A stretch of 64,000 bases of DNA from Escherichia phage Killian. The translations under genes were made by a program, and so were the position numbers. The stretch lies in the sequence record OQ446694.1; one strand, written 5' to 3'. The notes under the pieces are model-generated. The model searched no databases and was not told the DNA's origin. It was given only the letters and a program-made list of their open reading frames with translations. Below are positions 10,094 through 20,954 of the stretch, one piece after another (within the stretch, counting starts at the first letter, position 1; each line of letters starts with the position of its first letter).

Positions 10094-10657
10094 TTACCAT
10101 TCCAATGCTAGTTTTTTGAGTTGTTTCTGTTCTTTTACATTCTTAGTCACTTCTTTCAAAAAATCATCCGTGACTAAACCTTTTAGTTCTTTTAATACTA
10201 AAGGAAGTTTTCCATTTTTAGCAAGAATTGATTTATAGTTAATTGCATCATTTGTATTAACTTGATACCGCTTAGCAAGTAACTTAATAATCAATACTTC
10301 AGTAGAATCTTCAACCAGTTTTGCCCATTTACCATATCTTTTACCCCGAGGAACAGCAGCCATCAGATAATTAAAATGGGCTTCATCGCTTAAACCTGAT
10401 CCAATTAAATTCATAGCATATACAGCTGGCATGCACTCAGGAAATTGTGATAATGCATTCTCAACCATGTATTTTGAATAATCTTTTTGAGCAATAGAGC
10501 ATTTAGTTTTATTATTAATAGCTCCAATTATTTCAAAAAATTCATTTTCAGCTTTTTCCTTAAAAGAATCAGCAGCAGATTGGACAGCTGTCCAATCTTT
10601 TGAATACCAAGCAACTTGATGCTCGTTTAATTGAATATCATCTTCAAATAAGCTCAT
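10094..10657 (-). CDS. 62: clamp loader small subunit gp62
   Basis: 187 aa; T4 length and position. Confidence 0.9.
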   Translation of the reverse strand: MSLFEDDIQLNEHQVAWYSKDWTAVQSAADSFKEKAENEFFEIIGAINNKTKCSIAQKDYSKYMVENALSQFPECMPAVYAMNLIGSGLSDEAHFNYLMAAVPRGKRYGKWAKLVEDSTEVLIIKLLAKRYQVNTNDAINYKSILAKNGKLPLVLKELKGLVTDDFLKEVTKNVKEQKQLKKLALEW

Positions 10658-10658
10658 A

Positions 10659-11633
10659 TCACTTCCACTGCATTTCGCATGCTAATTGAATGAAAAGATA
10701 TGCTAAATGTAATTCAGTATTAGCCGCAATTCCGTGATACTGGTTATTTTCACCAACAATTTCATACATACGAATAATACTTTGTGGAGTTACGCGTGTA
10801 TAGATTTCTTCGGCAAGTTTACCTACGAACCACGAATAATCAGCTGCATATTTTGGTGCTAAAGCTCTGAGCTGTTTAACATCTTTATTTTTGAGAGATT
10901 CAAGAACATCATCAATAGCACCACGATCGTTAGTAACCAGTGATAAAATACCAGCATCCAAAACACCTTTAGATGAATAACTATCGAGCTCACCAATAGT
11001 TTTACGAAAATCAGGAAAATTCTTTTTAACCAAAGCTGCTACAACTTTCATATCAGCTATAGCAATTCCTTCATGCTTACAGATTTCAGTCAATCGACGA
11101 ATCATCTGCTTCATCATTTCAATTTTATCTTCATCGGTCGGCTGACCGAACGTAATAACTCGGCAGCGTGACTGAAGCGGTTTAATAATACCATCAATAT
11201 TGTTAGCAGTAATAATAATACTACAGTTTGAACTATAAGCTTCCATAAAGGAACGAAGATGTCGCTGAGACTCTGCTAACCCTGAACGGTCAAATTCATC
11301 AATAACGATTACTTTTTGACGACCATCAAATGAAGCTGCACTAGCAAAATTAGTCAAAGGACCACGAACGAAATCAATTTTACAGTCTGATCCATTCACA
11401 AACATCATATCAGCATTTACATCATGACACAATGCTTTTGCTACAGTTGTTTTACCTGTTCCTGGAGAAGGAGAATGAAGAATAATATGTGGAATTTTAC
11501 CTTTACTTGTAATAGATTTAAAGGTTTCTTTATCAAAGGCGGGAAGAATACATTCATCGATAGTAGATGGACGATATTTCTGTTCAAGAATGTGTTCTTT
11601 TTCATTTACAGTAATCATAATTTCCTCATTCAA
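10659..11633 (-). CDS. 44: clamp loader ATPase gp44 (RFC-like AAA+)
   Basis: 324 aa; Walker [10 protein letters not shown]; arginine finger region. Confidence 0.95.
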   Translation of the reverse strand: MNEEIMITVNEKEHILEQKYRPSTIDECILPAFDKETFKSITSKGKIPHIILHSPSPGTGKTTVAKALCHDVNADMMFVNGSDCKIDFVRGPLTNFASAASFDGRQKVIVIDEFDRSGLAESQRHLRSFMEAYSSNCSIIITANNIDGIIKPLQSRCRVITFGQPTDEDKIEMMKQMIRRLTEICKHEGIAIADMKVVAALVKKNFPDFRKTIGELDSYSSKGVLDAGILSLVTNDRGAIDDVLESLKNKDVKQLRALAPKYAADYSWFVGKLAEEIYTRVTPQSIIRMYEIVGENNQYHGIAANTELHLAYLFIQLACEMQWK

Positions 11634-11649
11634 GTTTTAGTGTAAATTT

Positions 11650-11666
11650 AAGGGCCGAAGCCCTTT
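11650..11666 (-). terminator. C(UUCG)G tetraloop hairpin between 45 and 44
   Basis: AGGGC-CGAA-GCCCT followed by T-rich run. Confidence 0.5.
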
Positions 11667-11667
11667 A

Positions 11668-12354
11668 TTAAAAATCGTGGGTAGAATCAGCTTCAAGAGC
11701 TACTACATAATTCGCGTGTTCACCTTCAAATTTAGCAGCACCTTGTTTACCTTTTGCCCAGAGCAGAAGTTTATAATTTCCTGGTTGCATTTTCATATTT
11801 GCCATATTGATAATGAAATTAAATGTATTTTCACCATCATAATCACCAAGAGTCAAAGAATATTTAACACGGGTCAAAGCAGAATCTTCTACTTTATTAA
11901 AACCGTTAATTACGATTTTACCTTCTTTTACTGTGATAGCAATTGTATCAATCTGCAGACCGCGAGATACACGCAACAGCTGTTGAAGGTCTTCAGCTTT
12001 AATTTCGGTAACAACAGATGCTACCGGGAATGGAATTGGTTTATTAGGAGCAACTACTGTACTCGGATCGGCTGCTGGCCAAAAAATTGTTGAACGAGCA
12101 TCAGCAATTTTAATATTTCCATCTTCTGACTGGGAAATTTCTGCATCGTCATTAACTAGAGACAGAATACCGAGAAAACCGTTCAAATCGTAAATTGCTA
12201 CATCAAAATCAATAGTGTCAGAAATATTTGCTTCCGCATAAGTTGTACCATTAACTGCGCGAGTCATAATAAATTGACCAGATTTAAGCATAATACCAGA
12301 ATTAATAGTAGCGAAATTTTTAAGCAGAGCAGTAGTATCTTTAGACAGTTTCAT
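11668..12354 (-). CDS. 45: sliding clamp gp45
   Basis: 228 aa; T4 length and position. Confidence 0.95.
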   Translation of the reverse strand: MKLSKDTTALLKNFATINSGIMLKSGQFIMTRAVNGTTYAEANISDTIDFDVAIYDLNGFLGILSLVNDDAEISQSEDGNIKIADARSTIFWPAADPSTVVAPNKPIPFPVASVVTEIKAEDLQQLLRVSRGLQIDTIAITVKEGKIVINGFNKVEDSALTRVKYSLTLGDYDGENTFNFIINMANMKMQPGNYKLLLWAKGKQGAAKFEGEHANYVVALEADSTHDF

Positions 12355-12379
12355 GTAATTTCCTTCAATTCAAATGAGA

Positions 12380-12410
12380 TTTAATTTTATAACTAATTTA
12401 ATAAAGCAAT
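12380..12410 (-). promoter_or_regulatory. candidate MotA-dependent middle promoter for gene 45
   Basis: TGCTTTA MotA-box-like element upstream of a TAAAAT -10. Confidence 0.3.
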
Positions 12411-12799
12411 TAACGATTAAAATCGGCAGCAATTGTTTCCGCAACAATTTGAGCAGCAACAATTAGACGTTCATCTGCATTACCGCAATAATCATCTTCA
12501 AGGCGTTCACCACATGAAGTCATAATAAATTTAGCACCAGCATTTAAAGATTCTGTCGTATGTTTGCGCATTAGTTCAATCCATTTATTACTTACTTCAC
12601 GATCGATAGCTTCATAATACGCATGACGAGCAGGTGCAGATTTAATTTTGCTCTGAATAACTTCCATCGCGTTATCAGAAAGAGACAAAACCCATGCTCG
12701 ACGAATTTTATTTTGGTTTTGTGGATTTGATTCAGAACGCACGTGTTTTGGCTGAATATCTTTTACATCAACAGTATAATTCACAGTAATTTTAGTCAT
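12410..12799 (-). CDS. rpbA: RpbA RNA polymerase-binding protein
   Basis: 129 aa; T4 position between 45 and 46. Confidence 0.8.
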   Translation of the reverse strand: MTKITVNYTVDVKDIQPKHVRSESNPQNQNKIRRAWVLSLSDNAMEVIQSKIKSAPARHAYYEAIDREVSNKWIELMRKHTTESLNAGAKFIMTSCGERLEDDYCGNADERLIVAAQIVAETIAADFNR

Positions 12800-12808
12800 A
12801 ATACACCT

Positions 12809-12997
12809 TTAGTCATAATAATCAGTAACAGTCCAAGCTTCATTTCTGTTGGACATTATTTTCGTATATTCTGCTTTAAATGCATTCTTAAGCATAGATT
12901 CAGTAACTATATGCTCTTCATTAGAAAAATTATTTCTCAGAATATATCGTTTTATTTCAGGAATAGTTAATAGATGCTGTCCAGTTGAATATTCCAT
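12809..12997 (-). CDS. hypothetical small protein (45.2-like)
   Basis: 62 aa ORF in early operon. Confidence 0.4.
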   Translation of the reverse strand: MEYSTGQHLLTIPEIKRYILRNNFSNEEHIVTESMLKNAFKAEYTKIMSNRNEAWTVTDYYD

Positions 12998-13052
12998 GTT
13001 TTTCCTCCATAGAGATTATACTCTAATAAATTAAAGCATAATCTCTTATAAA

Positions 13053-14735
13053 TTAAACCATTACAGTAAATCGACCAACTTTCTTCATTTGAAGATGCTG
13101 ACCATATGCTTGCGGGTCGTGGTCTCTATGTGAAATAACAAAAACATTAGTATTTTTTAAACTATCTAAAATAGTTGAAATAGCTTTTACACCTTCAACA
13201 TCAGTTGCTGAATCAAAAACTTCATCGAGAATTAGTGTGTTTATTTTAACACCTGAAACTTTTTCAGCAATATCACGCCAAGTAAATAGAAGAGCAATAT
13301 CAATTCGTGCTTTTTCGCCTTGACTGAATGAAGCATAACTAAAATCTTCACGACCACGGGATTTAATTGTCTCATTAAATTCTTCATCTAATGTAAACAC
13401 ATAATCCGCTTCCATTATTTTAAGATAATGGTTAATCTGCTTATTAAATAATGGAATGTACTTTTTAATAATAGCACCTTTAATACCAGAATCTTTGAGC
13501 ATATCAGTCAAAATTCCTCTGTGGTATTTTTCCATTACTAAATTAGTTTTTGTCTTAACAATTTTATCAAGTTCTTCTTGAAGCAGTGCTATTTCATCAG
13601 CATGGTCAATAAACTCGGATGATGCTTTTTCTATAGCCGCTTTAACCTTTTTAGCTTTATCTACCGTCGTGATTAGAGATTGCTTTTTATTGCGAATATC
13701 ATTCGCCAACGTCTGCTGGGTTTTAATATTATCTCGGTATTCATCAACGAGAACTTTTAAATTATCACGATGTGTTGAAAGCTGTTCAAACGAATGCGTG
13801 CATTCAGAAACTTTATCTTTAATTTTAGAAACAACTTTATCACCGGAACTTAATTGTGACAAACAGGTTGGACATAATCCACCTTCGTGATACATATTAA
13901 TGACTTTATTATACGAGTCAATTTTTGATTTAATTAAAAATGCTTCTTGACCGATTTTATTAAATGCATCAGTCGGGTCTTCATCCAAAACAATATTAAC
14001 TAATCTTTCATTAGCTTCTTCTATTTCCGATTTTAACGTTCTAGCTTCTTTCGCCAAATCATCATACATATTCTGCAGACGAGTAAGGTTATCACCAGTT
14101 AATTTTTTCTGACGTTCAACGTTATCATTATATATTTTAATTTGCTGGATAATACTATCTTTTTTAACATCAAGCACTTGGTTTTGTGAATTTAATTCAC
14201 GTATTAGTGCTTTATTAAGCTTATCCATTTCAGCTAATGTTCCTACCTCAAGCAGGTCTTCCACAAGCTTTCTTCGCGCAGGGGTCGACAAACCCATGAA
14301 AGGGGTATACCCTGCTGTACCAAGGACAACAATCTGCTTGAAACTGGCATATGACATTCCGATAAGCTGTTCAAATTCTGCTTGGAAATCTTTACTGCTG
14401 GCAGATTCATTAAGACGTGTACCGTTAACGGTGATTTCGAAAACGTTTGGTTTTTGTCCTCTTTTGATATAGTACTTTTTCTCATCATATTCCATCCACA
14501 ATTCAACTAAAAGTTCTTTCTTATTTGTGCTGTTTATTAATTGACCTTTCTTTACATCACGAAATGGCTTGCCAAAAAGCCCAAATGTGATGGCTTCTAA
14601 CATAGTAGACTTACCACCGCCATTTCGTCCAGTAATAAGAGTTTTTTGAACCTTATCTAGTTGAATGTCAATAGGATTTCCACCTACTGACATTATATTT
14701 TGATACCTAACTCGGTTTAGTTTAAAATTCTTCAC
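13053..14735 (-). CDS. 46: recombination nuclease subunit gp46 (Rad50/SbcC-like ATPase)
   Basis: 560 aa; Walker A GRNGGGKST; coiled coil with CPTC zinc hook; Walker B LILDE. Confidence 0.95.
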   Translation of the reverse strand: MKNFKLNRVRYQNIMSVGGNPIDIQLDKVQKTLITGRNGGGKSTMLEAITFGLFGKPFRDVKKGQLINSTNKKELLVELWMEYDEKKYYIKRGQKPNVFEITVNGTRLNESASSKDFQAEFEQLIGMSYASFKQIVVLGTAGYTPFMGLSTPARRKLVEDLLEVGTLAEMDKLNKALIRELNSQNQVLDVKKDSIIQQIKIYNDNVERQKKLTGDNLTRLQNMYDDLAKEARTLKSEIEEANERLVNIVLDEDPTDAFNKIGQEAFLIKSKIDSYNKVINMYHEGGLCPTCLSQLSSGDKVVSKIKDKVSECTHSFEQLSTHRDNLKVLVDEYRDNIKTQQTLANDIRNKKQSLITTVDKAKKVKAAIEKASSEFIDHADEIALLQEELDKIVKTKTNLVMEKYHRGILTDMLKDSGIKGAIIKKYIPLFNKQINHYLKIMEADYVFTLDEEFNETIKSRGREDFSYASFSQGEKARIDIALLFTWRDIAEKVSGVKINTLILDEVFDSATDVEGVKAISTILDSLKNTNVFVISHRDHDPQAYGQHLQMKKVGRFTVMV

Positions 14736-14995
14736 AAAAGATTCCTTTTAATGTATCTTTTAGACCATTCTATCATATCATCATAATCTAAAAAGTATTC
14801 ATCAAATTCAGCCATGCAAACAACACCTTGTGCTGCTTTTGATGTGATATAAATTATTCCAACATATCTAGAATCTTCTTCGGTGTATTCAATATTTGCT
14901 ATGAATTCATCGTTAATGTCAAATGTCGAAAACTTCACAATATGCATCCTTAATACAAGATACAGCCATATCTTGTAATGATTTAGGTGTGTCAT
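14732..14995 (-). CDS. hypothetical protein (46.1-like)
   Basis: 87 aa ORF. Confidence 0.45.
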   Translation of the reverse strand: MTHLNHYKIWLYLVLRMHIVKFSTFDINDEFIANIEYTEEDSRYVGIIYITSKAAQGVVCMAEFDEYFLDYDDMIEWSKRYIKRNLL

Positions 14996-15182
14996 TATCT
15001 AAAATGTTGAAGTTAAAAGATACAGCCCAGTCAGTGCAGACCGTAACCTTTTTAATACAATTATCTTCAACCTCTAGCGGTTCAAACCAATATTCAATAA
15101 TTTCTTTATGCCCAATATCATCTTTTACTTCGCATTCAAAATGCTGACTCATCATAACATTTTTAAATTCATCAAAAGTCAT
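14919..15182 (-). CDS. hypothetical protein (46.2-like)
   Basis: 87 aa ORF. Confidence 0.45.
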   Translation of the reverse strand: MTFDEFKNVMMSQHFECEVKDDIGHKEIIEYWFEPLEVEDNCIKKVTVCTDWAVSFNFNILDNDTPKSLQDMAVSCIKDAYCEVFDI

Positions 15183-16198
15183 TGTGTTGCCTCTACATAT
15201 AACTGATTTGCATATTGAATAAGTGCTTCGCGGTCAGAATCAGTGATGTCTGGAATTGCATTAATGTATTCTTCCATCAATGTCTGAAGAGATTGAACTT
15301 CAACTTCTTCACTATCATCTGACTCAACAGAGTTATCAATCTTTGACACAACTCGTAATGAATGCACAACTTTTTCTAGTTCAGATTCGAACTTCGTCAG
15401 ATTTTTGTCTACCTCAGTTACTATAACACGTACTGATAGATTTGTAAAATCTTTATAGTCAATTTTTCCCTTAAATGGATATTGAATTCGACGATGCCAG
15501 GTAGTGTTGTTTGGAATAAATTCCATTCGTTCTGTTTCTGTATCAAACATCCAGAACCCACGAGGGTCATTCTCGTCACCTGCAGTTAGTGTCCATGGTG
15601 TCCCAATATATCTGACGTTAGCAGCCTCAGAGATAGTATGGAAGTGACCAGACCACACTTCTTTATAAGTCTTAAGGAAATCAGGTTCAAGACCGTGAGA
15701 TTTCATTCCTTTATAAAAATAAAATCCATTCAGTTCCCAGTGACCAACACAAAAAGAAGCAGATGAAGTTTTGATGTGTTCAAGAATTTCACCAGTATTT
15801 TCTTCACACATCCAAGGAATTAAATCAATCAAACATCCGTCAAAATCTACTGTAGTAGGCTTATCATATACTTTAACATTAGGATATTTAGCCAAAAGCT
15901 CAGTAGAAGCATTTGGATGCATTACATTTTTGTAGTGGAGATCGTGATTTCCTACAATAGTATGTAATGTGATTCCAGCGTCATCAAGCATTTGAACTAT
16001 TTCACGGGCAAACTCCATAGTTTTATGCGTGATCGCTTTTCGTACATCAAAAATATCACCGTATTGAATCCATACAGTAATTCCATTTTTCTTAGAATAT
16101 TCTATCGCTTGCTTAATTCCGTCAAGTTGAATACCGCGAATCCATTCATCATCAGCTTTAACGCCTAAATGCCAATCACCCAAGTTTAGTATTTTCAT
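15179..16198 (-). CDS. 47: recombination nuclease subunit gp47 (Mre11/SbcD-like)
   Basis: 339 aa; phosphoesterase motifs DWHLG, GDIFD, GNHD. Confidence 0.95.
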   Translation of the reverse strand: MKILNLGDWHLGVKADDEWIRGIQLDGIKQAIEYSKKNGITVWIQYGDIFDVRKAITHKTMEFAREIVQMLDDAGITLHTIVGNHDLHYKNVMHPNASTELLAKYPNVKVYDKPTTVDFDGCLIDLIPWMCEENTGEILEHIKTSSASFCVGHWELNGFYFYKGMKSHGLEPDFLKTYKEVWSGHFHTISEAANVRYIGTPWTLTAGDENDPRGFWMFDTETERMEFIPNNTTWHRRIQYPFKGKIDYKDFTNLSVRVIVTEVDKNLTKFESELEKVVHSLRVVSKIDNSVESDDSEEVEVQSLQTLMEEYINAIPDITDSDREALIQYANQLYVEATQ

Positions 16199-16799
16199 GG
16201 TGTCTTTTCCATCCTAATTTAGCTGCTTTTGAAACTAGTTCTTTAATTTTTCCTTTTGTCCATTCAGGACCAGGAGGTTCATGACATAACATTTGCTTAA
16301 CTCCGTTATTATACCATTTTTTACCTTTATTATGTGATGAAGCTTTAAATTTATTTGACCTTCCTTTTACATAACCTTCTGGAATATACGGCAAAAAGGC
16401 AGATTTTCCTGTTAATGGGTCATGTGAATGTATATTTCCTTTACAATTATGAGAACCATATAATGGATGATTTTGTCCTTTAATATCTCTTCCAAATGAA
16501 CCTTTTGGAGCAGCATATGACATATTAAAGAATAATGGATTTTTAACCGCATCATGCAAACGTTGATAATATAGCTCGCATTTAATAGCTTCTTCGCGCG
16601 TATCAAATTCATCTAAAATGCATGAATCAAATAAATGTGGGTTATCTGAAAGTTCTTCATTATAAATTTTCTTATACTTTTTAGATAAAACTGATCCATG
16701 ATATCCGGCTAAATGCCTATCTAAAGATGTAGATCCAATATAAAAAGGAGGAAGTTTATCTCCACTATATATTGTTAAATAAGTTATATATTTTTTCAT
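16176..16799 (-). CDS. freestanding homing endonuclease, GIY-YIG-like with NUMOD-type repeats
   Basis: 207 aa; N-terminal IY...YIG motif; repeated NHPLYG-type motifs; inserted between 47 and a-gt, overlapping the 47 start. Confidence 0.55.
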   Translation of the reverse strand: MKKYITYLTIYSGDKLPPFYIGSTSLDRHLAGYHGSVLSKKYKKIYNEELSDNPHLFDSCILDEFDTREEAIKCELYYQRLHDAVKNPLFFNMSYAAPKGSFGRDIKGQNHPLYGSHNCKGNIHSHDPLTGKSAFLPYIPEGYVKGRSNKFKASSHNKGKKWYNNGVKQMLCHEPPGPEWTKGKIKELVSKAAKLGWKRHHENTKLG

Positions 16800-16802
16800 A
16801 TA

Positions 16803-16936
16803 TCAAGAACCGTCATTGAAATGCAAAATAAAATTATTGAAATAAATCCATCTGGAGTGCTAAAGAACCCAATCCAACACGCTCTAGTAAATAGATAAAA
16901 CGCTAGAAAAAGTATCACATATCCAAGAAATATCAT
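16803..16936 (-). CDS. small hydrophobic peptide
   Basis: 44 aa minus ORF below track threshold, read by hand. Confidence 0.25.
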
Positions 16937-16960
16937 TATATCAAACTCCGTATAAAGCTA

Positions 16961-16977
16961 AAGGGCCGAAGCCCTTT
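16961..16977 (-). terminator. C(UUCG)G tetraloop hairpin upstream of a-gt
   Basis: AGGGC-CGAA-GCCCT. Confidence 0.45.
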
Positions 16978-18178
16978 ATTTTGTAATAATGTCAAACTGT
17001 TCTTTAAAACAGAAGCTTGAATCTTGATGCTGATACAAAAATTCATAAGCTTTTTCGCGTTCACGGTCATAAAGAGTTCGGTCAGATGACAGTTCTTTAA
17101 TACGCTCAAATGTTGATTCCATGTCATTTTCATCAAACCAAACGATACCGCTATCATGAGAAATTAACGGAGTATTATCAACACGGAATTTTAAATTTTC
17201 GCCAGTAGATTTCCAAAATACTGGAATTGTTCCACATGCACCAAGCTCGAGATGAGTATATTCTAAAGAACGTTGTAGATATTTTTTATCCAACTTACTC
17301 AGCTGATAACCAAATCCGGATTTACTCATACGTTCAAGCATTTCGCTATTTACATAACGGTCAAGAATTTGCGTCGGCAAATTAGGAGCAATTTTAATTT
17401 GGTCTACTTGATGAAGACGATAATACTCGTATGGAATTCCTTTTTCTTTAATAGGAATGAACGCTGGAGAACGTTCCAGACCTTCCATAATAGTACTTAG
17501 TCCTGCAGGTTTAAGATGTTTTTCATGAAAATCAAACATCTGATAAAAGCCTTTCCATGTAGTAGTACGACCAATCCAACGGTTGATATTCATGTTAATT
17601 TCAGAAACATCTTTCCAGTAGGTTGATCGAACCTTCGCAATATCCATAGGAGGCTGAAAGTTATATACGGTCGGTGCTTCTTCAATATCATCAAACAGAG
17701 AAACTGTTTCTGGATACCATTCTTTCATTAAAACTTTATTAAAATCGCCATTATCAGAATGACTAAAAATAACATCAGCTCGACGAACAGTTTCTTCTAA
17801 TCCCAAATTTCGGCGTAAAGAAAGAGAAGAATGGTCATGCTGATAAACTACAACACGAACCGAAGGTTTAATATTATCAATAATTTTTTTATAGTTATTA
17901 ATTGTGTCTTCTTCTACTGAAGTAGCAGGAACTGAATTGATAATTAGAATATCACAATCATTTACCAGCTTAAGTGTTTTATCGTATTCTTTTGCCAATA
18001 AAACCGGAATTGAAAATGACTTATAATCATGTGCGCAATTACGAGTAAATGATTTATCTTTAGCATAAACCAAAGTTACTTCATGACCATTTTTAATAAA
18101 CCAATCACGTTGCTCAAGAGAAAATTTAGTTACACCACAACCTTCAAGACCTCGAGCCATAAAAATACATACTTTCAT
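16976..18178 (-). CDS. a-gt: DNA alpha-glucosyltransferase
   Basis: 400 aa, MKVCIFMARGLEGCGVTKF...; T4 length and position. Confidence 0.9.
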   Translation of the reverse strand: MKVCIFMARGLEGCGVTKFSLEQRDWFIKNGHEVTLVYAKDKSFTRNCAHDYKSFSIPVLLAKEYDKTLKLVNDCDILIINSVPATSVEEDTINNYKKIIDNIKPSVRVVVYQHDHSSLSLRRNLGLEETVRRADVIFSHSDNGDFNKVLMKEWYPETVSLFDDIEEAPTVYNFQPPMDIAKVRSTYWKDVSEINMNINRWIGRTTTWKGFYQMFDFHEKHLKPAGLSTIMEGLERSPAFIPIKEKGIPYEYYRLHQVDQIKIAPNLPTQILDRYVNSEMLERMSKSGFGYQLSKLDKKYLQRSLEYTHLELGACGTIPVFWKSTGENLKFRVDNTPLISHDSGIVWFDENDMESTFERIKELSSDRTLYDREREKAYEFLYQHQDSSFCFKEQFDIITK

Positions 18179-18230
18179 TTAATATCCTCATTGTTTTGGT
18201 TTATTTTACCAAAAATTTATAAAGCAATAT

Positions 18231-18246
18231 AGGAGCCGAAGCTCCT
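18231..18246 (-). terminator. UUCG tetraloop hairpin downstream of a-gt
   Basis: AGGAGC-CGAA-GCTCCT. Confidence 0.45.
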
Positions 18247-18418
18247 ATCCGCATAATACGCCATACAGAGGCTCATTAGAGCTTCTAAATTTTATACACT
18301 TATATGTTATAGTTCCTTCTGCTTTAGCTTTATCATGAGACTCTTTAAAACGTCTCATCATTTCTACTTTAGAGGAACGAATTTTATTATAATCTATTTC
18401 AGAAGTCTGGGTGTTCAT
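18245..18418 (-). CDS. hypothetical small protein
   Basis: 58 aa minus ORF read by hand in the gap upstream of a-gt. Confidence 0.3.
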   Translation of the reverse strand: MNTQTSEIDYNKIRSSKVEMMRRFKESHDKAKAEGTITYKCIKFRSSNEPLYGVLCG

Positions 18419-18421
18419 CTT

Positions 18422-18628
18422 TCACAGTTGCCACCATTTTTTGACTTGATAAGAATCAACCCACACTTTCATATTAGGGTCTGCTCTTACAATAGGAGGA
18501 TTAACTTCTTTGATTGAACTATCATGGTATTCTTTTTCAGAAATTTTCACGCAAAGATGACCATTCAAAGATTCAGTAAATCCTGCATTAATTTTAAGAC
18601 GCTTGAATTTTACGTGTGTAAGCATCAA
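18422..18628 (-). CDS. hypothetical small protein
   Basis: 68 aa ORF. Confidence 0.35.
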   Translation of the reverse strand: MMLTHVKFKRLKINAGFTESLNGHLCVKISEKEYHDSSIKEVNPPIVRADPNMKVWVDSYQVKKWWQL

Positions 18629-18911
18629 TCATATCCTCAATCTGCGATCTAGTAGTCTTCCAAAGAATACTAATGAGTTCATCGTTATATGGCTGTTTTA
18701 GAATATCCCGACTTTTCTTGATAGCATATTCGTATTGAGCGAAATTATTGTTTTCAGCTGCAATCTGAGCGTGTTTATAAAGACGGTTCAGTTCGCGTTT
18801 ATTTTTAGACAATAACTTATTTGCTTTTCTTTCTGCTTCAAGACGGTTCTTTTCTTCAATAGAAGAAATAAGCTTTTCCACTTCATCATTAATTTCGGGT
18901 TTATCAGTCAT
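18594..18911 (-). CDS. hypothetical coiled-coil protein
   Basis: 105 aa ORF. Confidence 0.45.
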   Translation of the reverse strand: MTDKPEINDEVEKLISSIEEKNRLEAERKANKLLSKNKRELNRLYKHAQIAAENNNFAQYEYAIKKSRDILKQPYNDELISILWKTTRSQIEDMIDAYTRKIQAS

Positions 18912-18912
18912 A

Positions 18913-19131
18913 TTATTTCTCTAATATAAAATAAAAATCATCATCTGTTAAATGATACCGATAGTTTAATTCTACACCATTAGATTTAAAAGCGGTATCA
19001 TACGGATTTTCTGGATCAATATCAATGTCAAGAGCTAAAACTTCCCTGAGATACATTTTAAGTAAATAGGGAATAGCTTCAACTTCAGGTATTTCTTCCA
19101 AGAATCCGGAGAGGTTAATCGTTAGCCTCAT
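18913..19131 (-). CDS. hypothetical small protein
   Basis: 72 aa ORF. Confidence 0.45.
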
Positions 19132-19678
19132 ATAAAAAATCCAAACTAGGAGAATCGTCTACAACACTTTTCTTTTCAGCCCCTGGTGTTCTATAGGTTG
19201 ATTCTTCGTAATGCGTCATTTTATCGTAGATGTCTTGAATAAAAGTTTCATCTACTAACGCAACCATATCGTCGTCACGACTGTCATAGACATTGTGAAC
19301 GAAGTAACTATATTTCTTTGCAACTTCCTTACGTTCTTTTTTAATACGTTGGACGAATGCATTAAAACAAGCTTGAGTTATATATGCATGTGGGTTTTTA
19401 TATTTCGTTTCATCAAAATTATGAAGTCCCTTAATAGAAGCTTCTATACCATCTGCAATCATTTCTTGTTTCCAAGATTGGGTGTATCCTGAAAAGTTGA
19501 AACGTTTAGATAAGCCTTCTGCAATAAGCATAATGGCTAATCCGATAGTATCATTCTGACGAACTACTTTATTTGGGTCTTTATTATTTGCTAATTCTGT
19601 TTTCCAATCAATAATAGCTTGTAAAAGCTCTTTATTGTTTACGTAATTATATTTAGGCTTAGTTTCTGACATTTTCAC
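19115..19678 (-). CDS. 55: late-transcription sigma factor gp55
   Basis: 187 aa; T4 position. Confidence 0.9.
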
Positions 19679-19750
19679 CTCTTAGCTCAATTCATAGATC
19701 TATTATATCATAATATTTGAAGATCTATCTTAAAGCATAGAGGATATCAG

Positions 19751-20020
19751 TTATCTAAGTAAACAGTATGCTTGGAACACTTTCTCCATCATCTTTTTAA
19801 ATTCATGAATATCTATGTAATGACTAGTTAAATCAGCATGATATAAAAAGTCTAAAAACTTTTCATGTGTGCTAACATATTCGCTTTCATTTAATTCAGA
19901 AACATGGCTTTCCCAATATCCAACACCAGTCTTATTTGGGAAAAATGAAATTTTCATGTATTGGTCAACATAGAAAATTCCATAATTTTCAATAGTAATA
20001 GAAATATTAATAAATTTCAT
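19751..20020 (-). CDS. hypothetical protein
   Basis: 89 aa ORF. Confidence 0.45.
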   Translation of the reverse strand: MKFINISITIENYGIFYVDQYMKISFFPNKTGVGYWESHVSELNESEYVSTHEKFLDFLYHADLTSHYIDIHEFKKMMEKVFQAYCLLR

Positions 20021-20232
20021 GCATTCATCAACTTAGCCGCTTCAAGAGCTGCATCTAGTGAATCAAATTGGTCAACGTATTCAATCAATTCGCCATAATT
20101 GGCGTATAACCACCATTGGCTAAATTCATACTCAAGGATGAATCCATTTCCTTCAATTTGAGTTAAACCAATGCCATTTGTATTTACTTCATATCCGGCA
20201 AGACGCAAATCGTTAATAAGAACTTCGTTCAT
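20017..20232 (-). CDS. hypothetical protein
   Basis: 71 aa acidic ORF. Confidence 0.45.
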   Translation of the reverse strand: MNEVLINDLRLAGYEVNTNGIGLTQIEGNGFILEYEFSQWWLYANYGELIEYVDQFDSLDAALEAAKLMNA

Positions 20233-20234
20233 AA

Positions 20235-20561
20235 TTATGCCTTAGTAATTTTCAGGTCAGCAAATTTTTTCTTGCGTTGATTTTTCATACGACGAATAGT
20301 TTTATCGGAAATTTCATGTTTTTGATAAGCTTTAGATTCTACACCAAAAGCTTTAACATCAAATTCTGACAAAATATATTGAACCAACAATTCACGGACA
20401 GTATTGCGTCCAATTTTCTGATCATTCTGTTTCATCGTCTGATGAAGTTCTTTTTCCCATTTATCCAAAATTTGAGGAGTTACAATATCGCCTTTTTCTA
20501 GCAAAGAAACTACTTTATCATATGCATAAGAATTGATGGCGTTTTTAATTTGAATAGTCAT
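20235..20561 (-). CDS. hypothetical protein
   Basis: 108 aa ORF. Confidence 0.45.
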   Translation of the reverse strand: MTIQIKNAINSYAYDKVVSLLEKGDIVTPQILDKWEKELHQTMKQNDQKIGRNTVRELLVQYILSEFDVKAFGVESKAYQKHEISDKTIRRMKNQRKKKFADLKITKA

Positions 20562-20600
20562 ACATTATCCTCAATTACATTAAAATTTTATTATCCAAAA

Positions 20601-20616
20601 AAGGGCCGAAGCCCTT
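20601..20616 (-). terminator. C(UUCG)G tetraloop hairpin
   Basis: AGGGC-CGAA-GCCCT. Confidence 0.45.
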
Positions 20617-20815
20617 AGCTAAACTGTTTGGCACCCTTCCAGCCTTCGTACATCATTGCGGCTGATATTAATATTGCTCCTGCGCATTTTGAATATTTGT
20701 GATTCCAAAACCAGTTTAGAAAAACTTCGTCATCAATACCTTGAGCTATCATATTTTCAAAGAACTGACGACGAGCTTCAGCAATTCGTTGCGATAATTT
20801 AGATTCAGGATTCAT
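20615..20815 (-). CDS. hypothetical small protein
   Basis: 66 aa ORF following a hairpin. Confidence 0.4.
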   Translation of the reverse strand: MNPESKLSQRIAEARRQFFENMIAQGIDDEVFLNWFWNHKYSKCAGAILISAAMMYEGWKGAKQFS

Positions 20816-20950
20816 TTAAATTTTCCAGTTACCATTTTCATCAATAAATTTAATCCAGTCATTTACTGACCACTTGGTCGTATCGCCTTTTGGAGCAACA
20901 TTTAAAGTGTATAATCCTTGTTTAAAAAGCATGCGTTTGATATTCATATT
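20816..20950 (-). CDS. hypothetical small protein
   Basis: track ORF 20816..21031 trimmed to an internal Met to avoid overlap. Confidence 0.3.
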   Translation of the reverse strand, partial: NMNIKRMLFKQGLYTLNVAPKGDTTKWSVNDWIKFIDENGNWKI

Positions 20951-20954
20951 TTCC

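Noticed and set aside
16936-17157. 73 aa ORF inside the a-gt coding region, and similar embedded ORFs (6966..7151, 14243..14506, 16412..16612)
   Set aside because: Embedded within confidently identified genes in alternative frames
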